Shown piece after piece: positions 38,000 through 51,399 of a stretch of DNA of 64,000 nucleotides. This stretch comes from Lingula anatina (Eukaryota > Animalia > Brachiopoda): positions 41,112,401 to 41,176,400 of the forward strand of contig CM120641.1 in assembly GCA_051362555.1 (NCBI GenBank). The letters are read 5' to 3'. The number at the start of each line of letters is the position of its first letter. Within the stretch, counting starts at the first letter, position 1. Position numbers and translations under genes: made by a program. Below the pieces are notes generated by a model. That model saw nothing but the letters and a program-made list of their open reading frames with translations, searched no databases and was not told where the DNA came from.

Positions 38000-40900
38000 T
38001 CATCCATTATCCTTCACAAGGATATCCATTACTGACTTGGAACTGAGCATGGAGTCAATAAAATCAAGGGGATACAGGGAATTCTGAAATAAATTGTCAA
38101 TCGTGGATTTTAAGATTGGAAATGTACAAGTCCCTCAGTGGCTGAGAGTGGTGTAATTTGCAAGAGCTGTCATTCTGGTTCTATGAAGTTGGCACAGTCT
38201 GTGCACAGGCAATCTATTTTCAGATTCATATTATTCACTGAAACCCCCAGGTCATAGCTTGTCTGAGAAACCTACACAATGTTTTCTCTCAATTTAAAGC
38301 ACACCGATTTATACATTCAAACTGGAGGATCAGAGAGGTGGATTGCACCTTCTGGAAGTGTACCACCAGCTAGTTATGGTAAGTGGGACAATGTAATACC
38401 AGTTATATTCAGCTGAGAACCTCAATGTTTAAGAAGGATTTGAAGGGGAAACTGATATCTACAAAATTAACTACTACCATCAGCTATCATTATACAAATG
38501 GGTTGTGTAATAATTCTTTTGTCACTGTCTTTGATTTTATGCCCATTATAAATCAGACTGCCTTTCTGCCATACCTTCTCTTGCTCCTTAAAATTTCCTC
38601 TCTGGAAACAGATCTTCCCATCCTGGACAGTTAGCCCACACTGCTGGCACATGGCCTGTAGACTGACCGTGCTCCCAATGCCCAGAATCTCATCTAAATG
38701 GTCCAGTGGATACCTACAGGCTTTACTGTGGTATGCTACACTCATTCTGCGCAGGGCATCCCTACAATGAAGTAACATTGGAGAAGTAAACCAAGCTGAG
38801 TAAACAACTGAAAAACAGGTGGTTTCAGCCTTATGGTGGAAAACGAACTTTTACAAATATTTCAAAAATAAAAAAATGAAATTGAAATAAATATGATTAA
38901 GTTTTTTTTCTTTTGTTTAAGCCAGGTCACTTAAATAAAAAATAATGACAAAGTGAGTTTATATTTTAGTGCATGGTAGGGTTGTCTTTAAGCGTTTCAC
39001 AGTTTCAAAGGGATTGGGAGACACGGAGGAATTAAATTTTCCCATGGCAAAAGAGTATCTAATGAATAAGATTAGCTCTGATTTTTTTTAGAATAGTGCA
39101 CAGCAGTTGTATGTTGCCTTCTCCTGGCATCTTTCACAGATACAAGTAGAATGAATGGGTAATGCTACATAATCAGTATGTGTGTGCGCAAACGTGCAGG
39201 CATATGTGAGAGAAAAGGCAAACGACATGATTTTCAAATTTCCTTATCTCTGAAGTCAGAATTTCCTTACCTCTGAATACTAATGAGGTGCTGGTGGACA
39301 GCACAAGCCTGTAAGAACTCCAGCTTCTTCACCAGTCTAACCACCCTTACATAATTGGCTTGTAGATATGCCCATGTTACTCTAAAAGCCATCTGAAGAG
39401 GCTCACTTTGCCTGTAATATGAATACGAAAAGGTCAAAACAACAATTTGGTCCATGTACAACTGCTAGACTAAATACTAAATATTACATTAATATATCAA
39501 TTTAGTTCACAGAGGAAATTAAGGTTTAATACCTTGGTTTATGTCCATCAGTTTTCACTCAAACTGGGTTGTGACAGACCCCAGGGAATTATGTATATTA
39601 ATATTACTCTGTTATACACAGTTGTACTGATGGTTATTTTAGACTTTTTTTCTTAAATTTACCAATTTTACCTTAATTAAACAGCCACACCAAAGTGTCA
39701 CGCACCTTTTTATGCAATAAATTTACAACTGCTGCTCAAATAATTTTCTTTTAGTCAAAAGTGAAAATATACTGAAACTCTCACTTGGCTGACACCGAGG
39801 GAAGAAAAGTGGGCTCGGAAACATTTTGTCTGATAAAATATGTAAAGTGTGATGATTTGTGATTACTATAAAATGCATAAAAAAGAATTTTAGTTTTTCT
39901 CACCAAAAGAATCCAAATGTCCTCTAAAAACAATCAACTTTACTTTAGAAGGGGTAGTTTTTTAATGGCATCAGTTATGTACAATTTTGCAGAAATTTTA
40001 GGTATAGAGTATTTAAGGAGAGGAAAAAGTGATCGCAATTTCATATGAATTTAAACCTCTTGCTTTTTTATTGGTGGAGGTCTGCACTAATGGTATACTT
40101 TCTAGCCCCTGAATATGGGGGGAGGGGTGGAAGATGGTGCTGACAAAAAACTGGGAAGATAGAAGTTGCAGATCACTTCGATAGCTTTTTAAGAAAGAAA
40201 GCCTTTCACAGACAATACCCTTAAATGAAAAAAAATAATAATAATCATACACATAGATCACTCCCTGGATAAAAAATGAAAATATTTATCTAGAAAGATA
40301 ATGTTTACTTCAAAAACATGGTCAGCATGCAATATTTCATTCAGCATCAAATGAAAGTGCTTCACAGGAAGCTAATTAATACACAGATAAATAGATATAA
40401 TCTACTCTTAATGCGATCTACTGTTAAACAAACTTTTAATAACAGCCAAATCTCACAGTAATCTATCAAGTTACCCTAGTACAGAACAGATACATGAAAA
40501 CCATTTCACATTCTACAAGCACTGAGAGCTTGAAGTTTAACAGCACTGACCTAATCTACTAATGGACTTGCCATCAATTATTCCTGAAGATCAATGTAAA
40601 ACACTACTTGCTTGTGCAAATGTATGCTTTGTTACTTCCATTTTATATTAACCTTGAAAACAATTGAAATAAGAAACCAAGTCATATTTTATGCGTGCAT
40701 AGCTGGAACTCATTGTTAACACCAAAGTACACACACATAAAGCCTTATGAAATGTTAAGAAGCTGTAGAGGATATTGCCATATCTGGATTATCTGTGCTG
40801 TATCATTAAAAGGTTTTCCCAGGTAATAAATGCACCAAATTTCTGCATATCAAAGAAAAAAAAACTTCTATTTCCAGTGCCTGGTAGCAAACATATCACT

Positions 40901-43900
40901 AATACTCAAAGGGCAAAAATGAAAAATCAAACGGTTATAATTTAGATGTTAACAATAACAGTTATGACTGACTCAGTAGCATTGACTCAAGTAAAAAAAT
41001 GATATCTTTTGTGTGCCAATTTGAGAAATATGACTCTAGTTGCAATACTCCTTTTTTAATAAAACAATGTCAAGACCTAAAGTATGCTAGGAATAAGATA
41101 AGCCACTTGCCAACCTGCCAACTGAAAACACTTTTTTGTTTTTATTTCAATACTTACTACTTCAGTTCATCATAAATGTGTTCATTTTCCATCAGTCGAC
41201 GTCTAGATGAGTGCCACAGATGGTACAATATATAACCTGCTTGCATGCACTGAAGCCTTCAATAGCTGTGACACACACTAACAAACTGCCCATTTATACA
41301 TATAATTTTATAGTACTATTTGGAAGGAGAGGAAGAAATTATTTGTTCGTTCAATAATAGGTTGGTGTTGGTGGCGATAGCAGGAGTCACCCTGTGTTGC
41401 TTGAGCAGGAACACCTTGATGACTGAGCGGCACAATAAATTGAGAAAATACTGAGATAGATACTTGAGCTAGGTTAGCAATTACTGTTGGTGGGGTAAAA
41501 GTTTAGATTTACCTTAGTGACTTTGGCAAATTAAGAGCATGTCGAATTGCATCTGCATTGCCCAGGTTGAACAGTAAGTACAAGCTTTCCATCTCTGCTC
41601 TGTTGGAGAAGGAACTGTCCAGAGTAGTGTACAAATACAGCAGTCTTTTCAGACACTCCTGACAATGTTCCTCATTTATCCTCTTATCAAAGTTGAACAC
41701 AGACTCTTCACACAGCCTGAAGTGGAAAATGATATCAATGATCCTAACTCACTGGTGGACTGTCATGAGATCTTCCAATTCAATCCAATATTTACAAATA
41801 CATTTTAATGTTTAATGTCATTAAAATATTCTGGGGCTGATTTCTGGGGAAAATGCCTAAAATGTCTGGAAAACTTAAATGGATAATCATTCCCAGAGAG
41901 TAAAAAAGTCTAAATCCTTCAACATAAGCTCTTGCCAAACAGATTTGTGACTATGTATATGACACATATGTAAGAGATATTGTGGGATGTTCATAAATAT
42001 TTGAATAATTAAATAAACTCAATATTGTAATAGTATCTAGTAAAGCTGAACAAGGCAATGATTTTAAAATTCTAGTAATAAAGGACATTTCTTATTATCA
42101 TTAACATTTTAATAAATTTTACTAAATATCAAATTAAATATTAAAATATCAAGAAAAAAGATATCACTAAAATCAGGAGGCATTCAATTAGAATCAATTC
42201 CCATGTTTGAGTTGCTGCACCCATAGCAACTCACCTGTATGCAGCATATATGTGGAATCTGACCATAATCTCTAATATGTCTACAGCACGCTTCCCCATT
42301 AGCCTCTGTATAACCATGTCCTGACGGACAGCACGGAAACGGTCAAATACAAAATCATACACTTCATTCCATGGCAGCTGTTTTGATGGAAGGACACTGG
42401 AAGTGATATTTAGAACAAAATTACTAGTAAGGTATGGACTTTATAGAACTGGTGGTGGCTATGTTCTCACCTTGCAAAATGTTAGAAGACTGAGAAGAAG
42501 ACTAAATCTGCTGTACAATTTATATGGCCGAATAGACCTGCTTGGTTGGCTTGGAGGTATAAAAGGCTACATATCTGACAGCAAAAAAAAAAAAAATCCG
42601 AACAGCCAGATTTTCTTTGTCTAAAATTATTCTCTCAAGTGACCTCTCAAAACGCAGGTGTCTCCAAATGCCTAGATCTCAAATAAAGCTGACCAGTGCA
42701 TCATGCAACCTTTACCTTTGTAGTAGATAAATAACAGTTCTGTGTAACACTTCTGGTGGTCGCAAGTCTTTTGGTTTGGGGTCACTTCTCCCAGCAGCAG
42801 GGCGACTGAACATTTTCACTATCTTCTCTTTATCTGCTTTGGGCCTATAAAGATATACATATTTATATAGTTACATTTAAAGCATAGCTAGGGAGACATG
42901 GCAGGACTGAGATATGGGATCAGAACAATCCTCCACCATCCACCAACAACCCTACACACACCCAGCTACCTGCTCACCCTGAAGTTTTTAGTATCTTACT
43001 ATATTGAAAATATGATGATTATAGCTGACAGTAACAATTAATCTCATAAAATCTTATTCATGCAGGTATTCCTTTGATGAAGTAACTATCAGTTATATTT
43101 ATTTGCTTTATATATTTGTAGAATTTTATTAATTATAATCATCATGATAATTTATTTATATATGATGCCTTCCATTTAAAATGCCAATGTGTCTTACAAT
43201 TTAAGAACTAAATATTAAAATTATTAATAAAGATTTTAAAAAATAAAAAAAACTGAGTTAAAAATGGCAAATTAAGACTTAATAATAAGATTACAAAAAG
43301 CTTATGAAAAACCTAAAATTTTCATTCTAAGAGTTGTTCATGACAATTAAGAATATTCCAGGGGGTAAAATCATAAAATATGAACACAAAGACTAATAAT
43401 ATCAAATTAATCAAACCATCTGTCTCCTGGTAGCTTAACTGTTTTTTCTTTTCAAAACAGCAAAAAATGAAAAGAAAGTTAGCAGTGCATGAAAAACTCT
43501 AAAATAAAAATAATAATTTGCATACATACCTTTTGAGTTTCTCTGTTCCTTGGGTTATTTCTAGAGTATGTAACAATCCTTCACATTCTCTTCTGCAAAA
43601 AATATCTGCAGGTTAAAAATTAATTTTCTACAAATATCACTTTAAATTAACTTTCTACATTTTATGGAATTTGTCTAGAAAAAAAATTTTTTTTTGGTCT
43701 GTTGTCTAGCATTCTGATCTTATTTTATGTGTTCACTGTTTCAATCGCTGACATAAAGCTTAAGACACTGATGAGGCCATAAATACTAGGACCTGCTCTT
43801 GATTTAGGGTGAATTTTTTGTTTTCCATAAGTTTCCCATATCTCTCATCTACATTTTGCTCACTGCTTAAAAAAAAACTACACTACCAAATTAATATGAA

Positions 43901-44796
43901 ATTTTGTTTAAAAAAGGGCTACACATTTATTTATTCATCAACTACAGTCCTAATGTCTAAATGTCTAGACATTCATTTATGAATAATATATGAATGCCTG
44001 GCATAGAAAAGGTCCTCAATGCAACTACAAAGTTCCTGAAAAAACTCCTGAAAATGGTGCTTATTACAACCAATCAATATTGGACTAAATGGCCATTGTA
44101 TTAGTGCAAAACAGACTTTTTAAAATATCAAAATATTTGGACTTCATGCTGCAAAAAATGCTAACCTTGAACTGTGTACTGGTATAAGTATTTTATTCAA
44201 AACAATGGAATAAATAAATATACGGGGCTTAAATGGAAACAGAAGTAAGAATCATTGTTTCTACTCAACAAAACAGTGTTGAAAGTTTCATGCCTCAAAA
44301 GTTTACTCTGTTATCCAAAAAAGTGAGAGGTAGTAAAGCAGCTTGTTTGTCTAATATGATACATTCTGCATAATTTCCTGTAAGTTCTTCCCATTTTGCA
44401 TACTAACAAGTGATTAATACAAGTACAGTTCAGTAGTATATAGCAACTTGGGGGGGGGGGGGGGTAGGGGGTGACGGGCTTTGATAAAAAACCATGGGAT
44501 TGTGATCAATATCTTCCTGCAGTTATAAGTTTTGCACAACACACAACAGTGAAGATCAAAAGGGCAAATAAAATCATTATAATCGTCAAATACAGGCACA
44601 TGACGTAGGCTTTGTTACTGTACCAGTTGTAACTCCTCATCAAACTTGTTCATTATTTATCGGGTACACAATATTATCTAAACGACGACTTCCATATAAA
44701 TACTCACAGTTTGATTTCATCCACTGGGCACATTCCTTCGCACTTTCCCACAGGGGCCGTGGCAGAATCATTGAGTCCCTCTTTGGAATTAGACAT
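38000..44796 (-). CDS. SAC3D1: SAC3 domain-containing protein 1 (SAC3/GANP family), 8 exons, ~352 aa; last exon choice uncertain
   Basis: Exons: 44708-44796, 43530-43592, 42716-42844, 42235-42396, 41513-41716, 39271-39411, 38575-38761, 38000-38083 (1059 nt, in frame). Motifs: PVGKCEGMCPVDE, VKMFSRPAAG, LRPPEVLHRTVIYLL, YDFVFDRFRAVRQDMVIQ, RFHIYAAYRLC, YLLFNLG. Confidence 0.9.
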
Positions 44797-46439
44797 CTTC
44801 CTCCATGCAAGCTACCAATGTTGTGTACTGCACTGTCTGTGGCAATCAAATTAAAAAAAAAATCTAAAATAAATCAAGGTTTTCAAAACATCTGTGAAAA
44901 TAGATGCACTAGCAAATATGTAAATATAAGAAAAGATAAATAGTCTAATGCTAAATGCCTAATAACCAGCCCACAATTAATGTGGCCGTTTTAAACCGGC
45001 GGACAAGTAATTTTGTGTTTGATCCTTTCCGTCCTCCAATAATGAAGAGCGAAATGAGCTCAAGAGAACCTTTCAAGAAATATCGTTTCATTCCATTTCT
45101 TAATTAATTTATTCGTATATAAATTTTTTTTTTTTGGGGGGGGGAGCATATTACCCTTATGTGTCTTATCAGATGTGATAAGTACTTTTATATTAATTTT
45201 ATAAAATGGATTTGCTTCACGCACTGTACATGTATGGGTGCGTTTATGTACCCTAACGTTAATTATTGACTTATCTTTTTAATGTGTTAAACTTTAAAAA
45301 TATCAGAAAATGGACTTGGCCTACCCAAAGGTTTTGTCACTTATTTTCAAACCATTGCGATTCATAAAGATAAGTACTGCGTGCGTACGTAGGCCTACTA
45401 TACCAGAAAAGCCCGTTTTATTTCAAATTCGTCCCTGTCAGTGGGTAATTTCAATAAAACTGTTGTTCTTTATAAAATGATGTTTTTATATTTACTGTAT
45501 ATGTATCGACCATTTTGTAGGCTTATTGTGATGTTTTGGATGGATGAAAATATTGGAATTAGTCTCCACAGCAATTTTTTTCACGTAGGCCTACGCCAAA
45601 AGTATCTTCCGAAAATTGGTAACAGTAGGCCTTGCAGTAGGTCCCTATCTCCCACTCCCAAAAAATCGTCAACTTTGACGTTATGCATGTCTTCGCAAAT
45701 GATTTTTAAAACCATTAAAAAAAAAATGGAAAATGAGTAAACTGAGTGTAACCAGTAAGTGTAGCCAGTATATTTTTTCTGAAATACTACATCGTAAACT
45801 TTAGAAAAGGTCAATGTCCGAAAATGCTCTTTTTGTCGTTTCGGTTCAAACATAAAAGGAAAAATTGGATTTTTAAATTCATTTTTTTTTCATTTTTTCG
45901 TTTCTTTCTTCTTTTTTATTGCATTATTATCCTTTTTTATTTATTTATTTATTTATTTGCATGTACACTTTGGCAAATCTTTTAAGATAAACTGAAATCC
46001 ACTTCCTCACTTCTTCAAAAGTCTGTGCAAATAAGCCTTAACCAACCAGTCTATTTCATTTCAATGGTTGTAGGTTATTCTGAGTTCTTTGTCGCAAAGG
46101 CTGAATGTTGCAAAAGCAGTGGTACACAACATTTCAATGTCAATGGTCTCATCGTTATTATCACAGGTCTCAGACATTTGAATACCATGATCTTTTTTTT
46201 CCTCGTTGCGTTTTAATCTCACGTTTGTTACGCTAAAGATCTGGAATTCATGTCTGCCTCACAAATCTGAAATTGCCGTTTTCCTCGCGAATTCCCAAGG
46301 CCATATAACGTAATAAAGCTTTATTTAGTGAAGGGGTTATCACCTCGCAAGGGGTGCTCCAGAAAGTGAATTAGAGATGTGCTGGGACAAAGAGCAAATC
46401 TGATCATTCCCCCATAAAACGATCCGCCGTTCTAGAGGG

Positions 46440-46647
46440 TATAAACTCGCAGCATCTCTGAAAATCGATCGCAGGCTTTTATAAACGATAACCCATCATT
46501 TGCGAATAAGGACTACTGTTTCTGGCAGGATTCAAGCGGCGGCAAGAGCAGTAGACTTGGAGACTGGGCTAGAGGACAGACCAAACTCGCGCAGGGTGCA
46601 ACAGAAGGTTCAAATAAAACAACGTGAAGCTGTTGGTTTCTACAAAG
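46440..46647 (+). promoter_or_regulatory. Putative promoter and non-coding first exon of the calexcitin-like gene, divergent from SAC3D1
   Basis: TATAAA-like boxes near 46440 and 46480 and a strong donor AAG|gtaagg at 46647/46648. The calexcitin ATG exon begins right after an acceptor (ctttaag|aaacATG), so an upstream UTR exon is expected. Confidence 0.45.
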
Positions 46648-48066
46648 GTAAGGCAATGAGTTATCTTTCATTAGATCTTTTTAAAACATTTGTTTGGTTC
46701 TTATGCTTAAGTGCGTTCCTCTTTGCAGGAACTCCGCCCTTAATGGTCGATAAAACTGACGGTCTGATTGAAAACAGCAGTGGGATAAGAAATGTTTTTC
46801 AGTCATTGAATTTTCATTAGCGGCAGTCTTTTACATTAATCTCTATTAAACGATGACCTTCAATAGAGAAGTAAGCTATTAACGCTTCTGATTATTCATA
46901 GTCAACCAGATTTTTAGTCAATTAGCGATTAAATTTAGTTAGAAAGGGTTTAGATCAAATAAATTGCGCTTGAAGATGATTTGAACCGATAATGGAAGAC
47001 CAGAAAGTAATTATGCCCAACTGGCAGGTACACTGTAGGGTAAGCAATAAGACAGAGAATGGAAGATGTATCTTTATTTAAAGCAATTACATGGTGTCAA
47101 TATATCAATTCTTTTGCAGGAAAATCGTTAAGATTTCACGACCAATATCCCATGGTGTTTGAATGTTCTTAGTCATCCAGTAGAATTAAAATAAGGAATA
47201 TATACATGTAAATATATTAAGGATACTGCAAGCGTTTGCCAAAAACTCCTTCTTTACTGCCTAACATTCATTTTTTTTTTTTTTGGATAACAGTTAAATC
47301 TTAAGTGTCCAGTGACTAAATTAATTAACATTTACACACATGTCATCTTACGAGTGACGTTCTAATTGCGATTTAAGTATAAAAATTGAAAAATCGGTTT
47401 CTCAAATTTCTCCTTTACCGAGCACCCACGATCACCGTTTCAACGCCGATTTAATGACACTATTTAGTACTCTTAAAAAGCCTTAGTGCAGATTTTATCG
47501 TTGATAAAGCAAATTAATGCCTTTGTTTAGTGAAAATCTGTGATTAGGGGCTCATAACTCATAAAAAACCGAAATGACGGCAAGAGATTGCAGCCCATAC
47601 ACTTGCGGTAAACTATGCCAATTTTCGTGATTAAATCTCGTTCAGGGATGAAGTCACGCCCCATACTGATTGCTATCTCACCTCAAAATAGAAAGTATTA
47701 AATTGATGATAAAAGTTTTGAGTGACATATGCTTAAAATAGCAACGAGAAATATAAACGCAGAAATTTTATATATTTCAAGGAGATTTTTTTAAACCAAA
47801 AAAAGTGGATGCATAATTATAATAATTATATGCATATTCGGTATCTGGATGATAATAAACCCTAGCAATACTGTTAGTATGCTTATCAATTTCTGGAACT
47901 CATTTGGTAAAATTCAACAACGAGGCACTGGAGGCGATTTCTAGTCACATGGCGCCGAAGGAGGTGACCTGCTTATCACCTAATAAAATGTGCCAGGGTG
48001 ATCCGCAACGTTGGCTTGGCGTTGAATTTCACCACGTAAGTTCCAGCATTTGAACTATGAGTTATA

Positions 48067-48285
48067 GGGACCATTCCCATAACCCTATCTTACTAGCAGG
48101 ATGGATCTATCTCCGAAGGGATTCTCGCTAAATTGCATTTAGTTTAAGTGTGCACGAAAGTTAATTCCCATTAGCAACTTCAGTGGGCGTGGCAGACATT
48201 AAAGCCGCTGAAACTGAATGTAATTTAACGAGTATCCCATCGGAGTTAGATCGATCCAGCTAGAACGATAGGTTTATGGAGACCC
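48067..48285. mobile_element. Foldback MITE, family copy 3
   Basis: GGGACCATTCCCA terminus. Internal ttctcgctaaattgc, ggcgtggcagacattaaagccg and agatcgatcc are shared with the 35.5-36.2 kb copies. Confidence 0.7.
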
Positions 48286-51200
48286 AGTCATATATTCTCC
48301 ATCCCCTGAAGTATTGCGTGTGAGTGAACGAGTGTATTCAAATGTTACACCTGCGTTATCAACAATTATCACCATTGCAAGATTTGGTGTGAGACTTTGC
48401 AATTTGTTGACATTACTGAATCAATTACTAAAACACACAGCAGAGATCAGTTGCTGGATACCTCGTAATACATTGGGTGAAAATTAAAGCAATCGCGTCT
48501 GACTGAATAACACAAATTTACAGCAAGTCTGCCATTTTTATTATAAATACTTAACCGCTTGGCAAACACAGTCTGCCAGAAATTCATTGTGCGCTTGATG
48601 CATCTTCGGGAAGTGGCCGTCTTAAGTTGCTGGGAAGAGAAAAATAGCTTTCGACTTAAGATTGAGCACAAGATTGGCAGCCATACAGCATTTGGTCGCA
48701 TATACATTTCTGTATTATTGAATTTTTGAGATAGCTCTAAATGTATCTCAGTTCCCTGCAGAGGGCCGCGCCACCCAGAGCAAGAACTGGAAACAAAAGA
48801 GCTAGGCATTAATTTCTAAATGAATTAACTCAAACCCGACGGTGTTAATTTAATCTCAAAGTATCCACTGCGGTGAAACGCCACGGATCCACCTCGAATT
48901 TAACGCCATTAGAAGAGCGGTCAGTCCGGTGGACTATAGTTTAACCAATTACAATTGCTGTTCTCGTTCGAACGCCTGCGAACTAGTCGATGAGTGCGTT
49001 ACTTTGAGCTTAACTTTCGTAGACTTAACTTCAGATGAAATAAACGTTTTGTACTTTATTTTGGTCGTTCAGTTTCTATTATTTTGTCATTTATAAGTCA
49101 TCATGATGTTTTAATCATTTCATTTATATATACACCCCCTGAGAACCACCAATGCGCATTTGTTGGAGTGTGATATATGAATGGGCAAGCATAAAAACTA
49201 GACAGTATGGTAATGAACACTTGGTTTTATCTCCGAACATGGCAAGCAGCATGGCAGTGAAAACAAGGGTATATTAAGAACGATTATTCATTACTGAAAT
49301 AAAATTGACTCTAGTTATGTGTTGGACATGATTGATTATAATGCTGCTTTAATTACATTTCAGACTTATTTCTAGTCACGGTGCTTCATATTCAGCGTAC
49401 GTTTCTCATAACACATTGTGATTTCAATAAAAAACGATGTGTCACTGCACCGAGCTCAATCTACTCGGTACCGCATATCTATTTCTCTTGACTGTAACTG
49501 GCGGTGCGTCCATGAACGTCTACTAATTACAGTGATCATTCTCGCCAATCATTCTGTCGGTCGCTTTGTTTCCACCCTATCCTCAAGCACATGGATCATT
49601 GTTGATATTTCTTGCAAAGCTCTGAAACCCGATGAGAGTTTTCAAGGAACGATCAGTGGGCCTTTTGAGACGTTAATTCCTTCCTGCAAAGAGCCTTCTT
49701 TATCGACGCGGATTATATCCCAACATGAAATCCACACGCAAAATGTACCGGTTAGGTTTAATTTCCTACGCTAGAAGGGAATAACAATAACACTCTTTTT
49801 CCAATTTATCTTGGAACACGAAAATGTCGATAACATTATCGGGATAATTTTCAGTGTTTACCCGTTCATAAAACTTCCTAGGCTATGTATGCACAAAAGA
49901 AAAAACTGCGTGATAAAAGAGCTAATGAAAATATCGTTATTTACAGTATATTTGCTACAGCCCCCCCCCCCCCCCCATCCTCCCCCTAAATGAACAAATA
50001 GAAAAATGAATTAAGTAAATGACAATTAATGCACATTGATGAAAAATTTTGTAAGAACGCTGCAGCTTTCACCATACATCAATATTGCAATTGGGCTTAT
50101 CTTCGGTTACATAAAACAGCACCTATGATATATAAGCCTATATATCATTCAAAGCACTTAAACTAGGTCTGAACTAAATTTAATAAAGTGTCCTCTCTTC
50201 CAAAGGCTGTATGAAGCGTGACACCGCTGTTGGATGACAGATAGTGCATCCAATATACAGTATCGGTGAACATGGAACGGTTGATGCCATTCCAAACTAA
50301 CAGGCAGAAGACACAGTGGGACATGTCTCTGCTTTAAAACTCAAATTACCAATATTTCCAATCTGTTAATGGCTTTTACAAACTTGTTTCAGCTTGCATA
50401 TGTTAATTTCCCGATACGGTGGAGCTCTGAGTCACCAACGGTTGCGTGCACGTTTTGACCTGCAGTGAACCGATACAAAAATGGCGTCCTCATCACTGGG
50501 GACGCTACAAAGGATGGGAGGCATTTTACAAATACCATTGTTATACTGAAATTTGCGGCTTTAATCATTGCATTATTAATACAAATTGCCGCATTCGAAC
50601 CACAGGAGAATGGCTTTTACTATTCATTTTGCATATATCATTGCTTCTTCTATTCTATAAGACAGCTGGGGATTAATACGGCAGCCGTGGTTTGTGCCTC
50701 TTTGACAAACATTTTTTTTATTTCTTGTATTACTTAATATATCGCAATGTGGAACCCATTAAGGCCCGTTTCCAAACTTTTACCAAACGGCTGCTCCAAT
50801 TTTCACTGGTTTCCAAAATCTCATTGTTTTCGAAAAACAAAACGGAATGTTCATGCACCTTTCCTTTCTAACATTTTCTGGAAATATACCAGCTAAAATC
50901 AATTTTTCTTTGTTCCCAAAATCCTTTGTTATCTAAAAAGGGTAGATATTATTAGTTGTATTACCAAGACAAACACCTCTTGCTGTTTTAAGTAGACCGG
51001 TTATCATGGTACTTTGGAATCTGCCACTGTAAGAAGAACAGAACAATAATGCATAATAATCTTTTACTGTTTCACGTGCGCATGGGTTCTGGATTTATGT
51101 ATTTCGAATTGCAAAAGTCATATTCATTACCTAGTTCTGGTCTACCTTAAAGTGTCATTGAGATATTTAGAAAACCATAAAACATAAACCGATTTCACAT

Positions 51201-51361
51201 CGATGGAGTTAGACTATTTTGGTACATTGTAAAACGCTGGTTTGAAAATCGGTTGGTTACGAGAACTAAGAACATAGTTAAACATAGTTATAAAAAACAA
51301 AAAAAAACTCCAAGTGAAATTGGCTCCTTGAGGTAAGATAGCCCCCCTCCCCCCACTCAAA

Positions 51362-51395
<34 letters not shown>

Positions 51396-51399
51396 TATA

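Noticed and set aside
44500-44645. Possible intronic C/D snoRNA in SAC3D1 intron 1 (TGATGA on the minus strand)
   Set aside because: No matching CTGA D box or terminal stem was found.
49418-49774. 118-aa plus-strand ORF; the minus strand has a faint DR..WR motif like an RTE LINE 3' end
   Set aside because: The motif needs a frameshift and there are no RT motifs, so the evidence is too weak.
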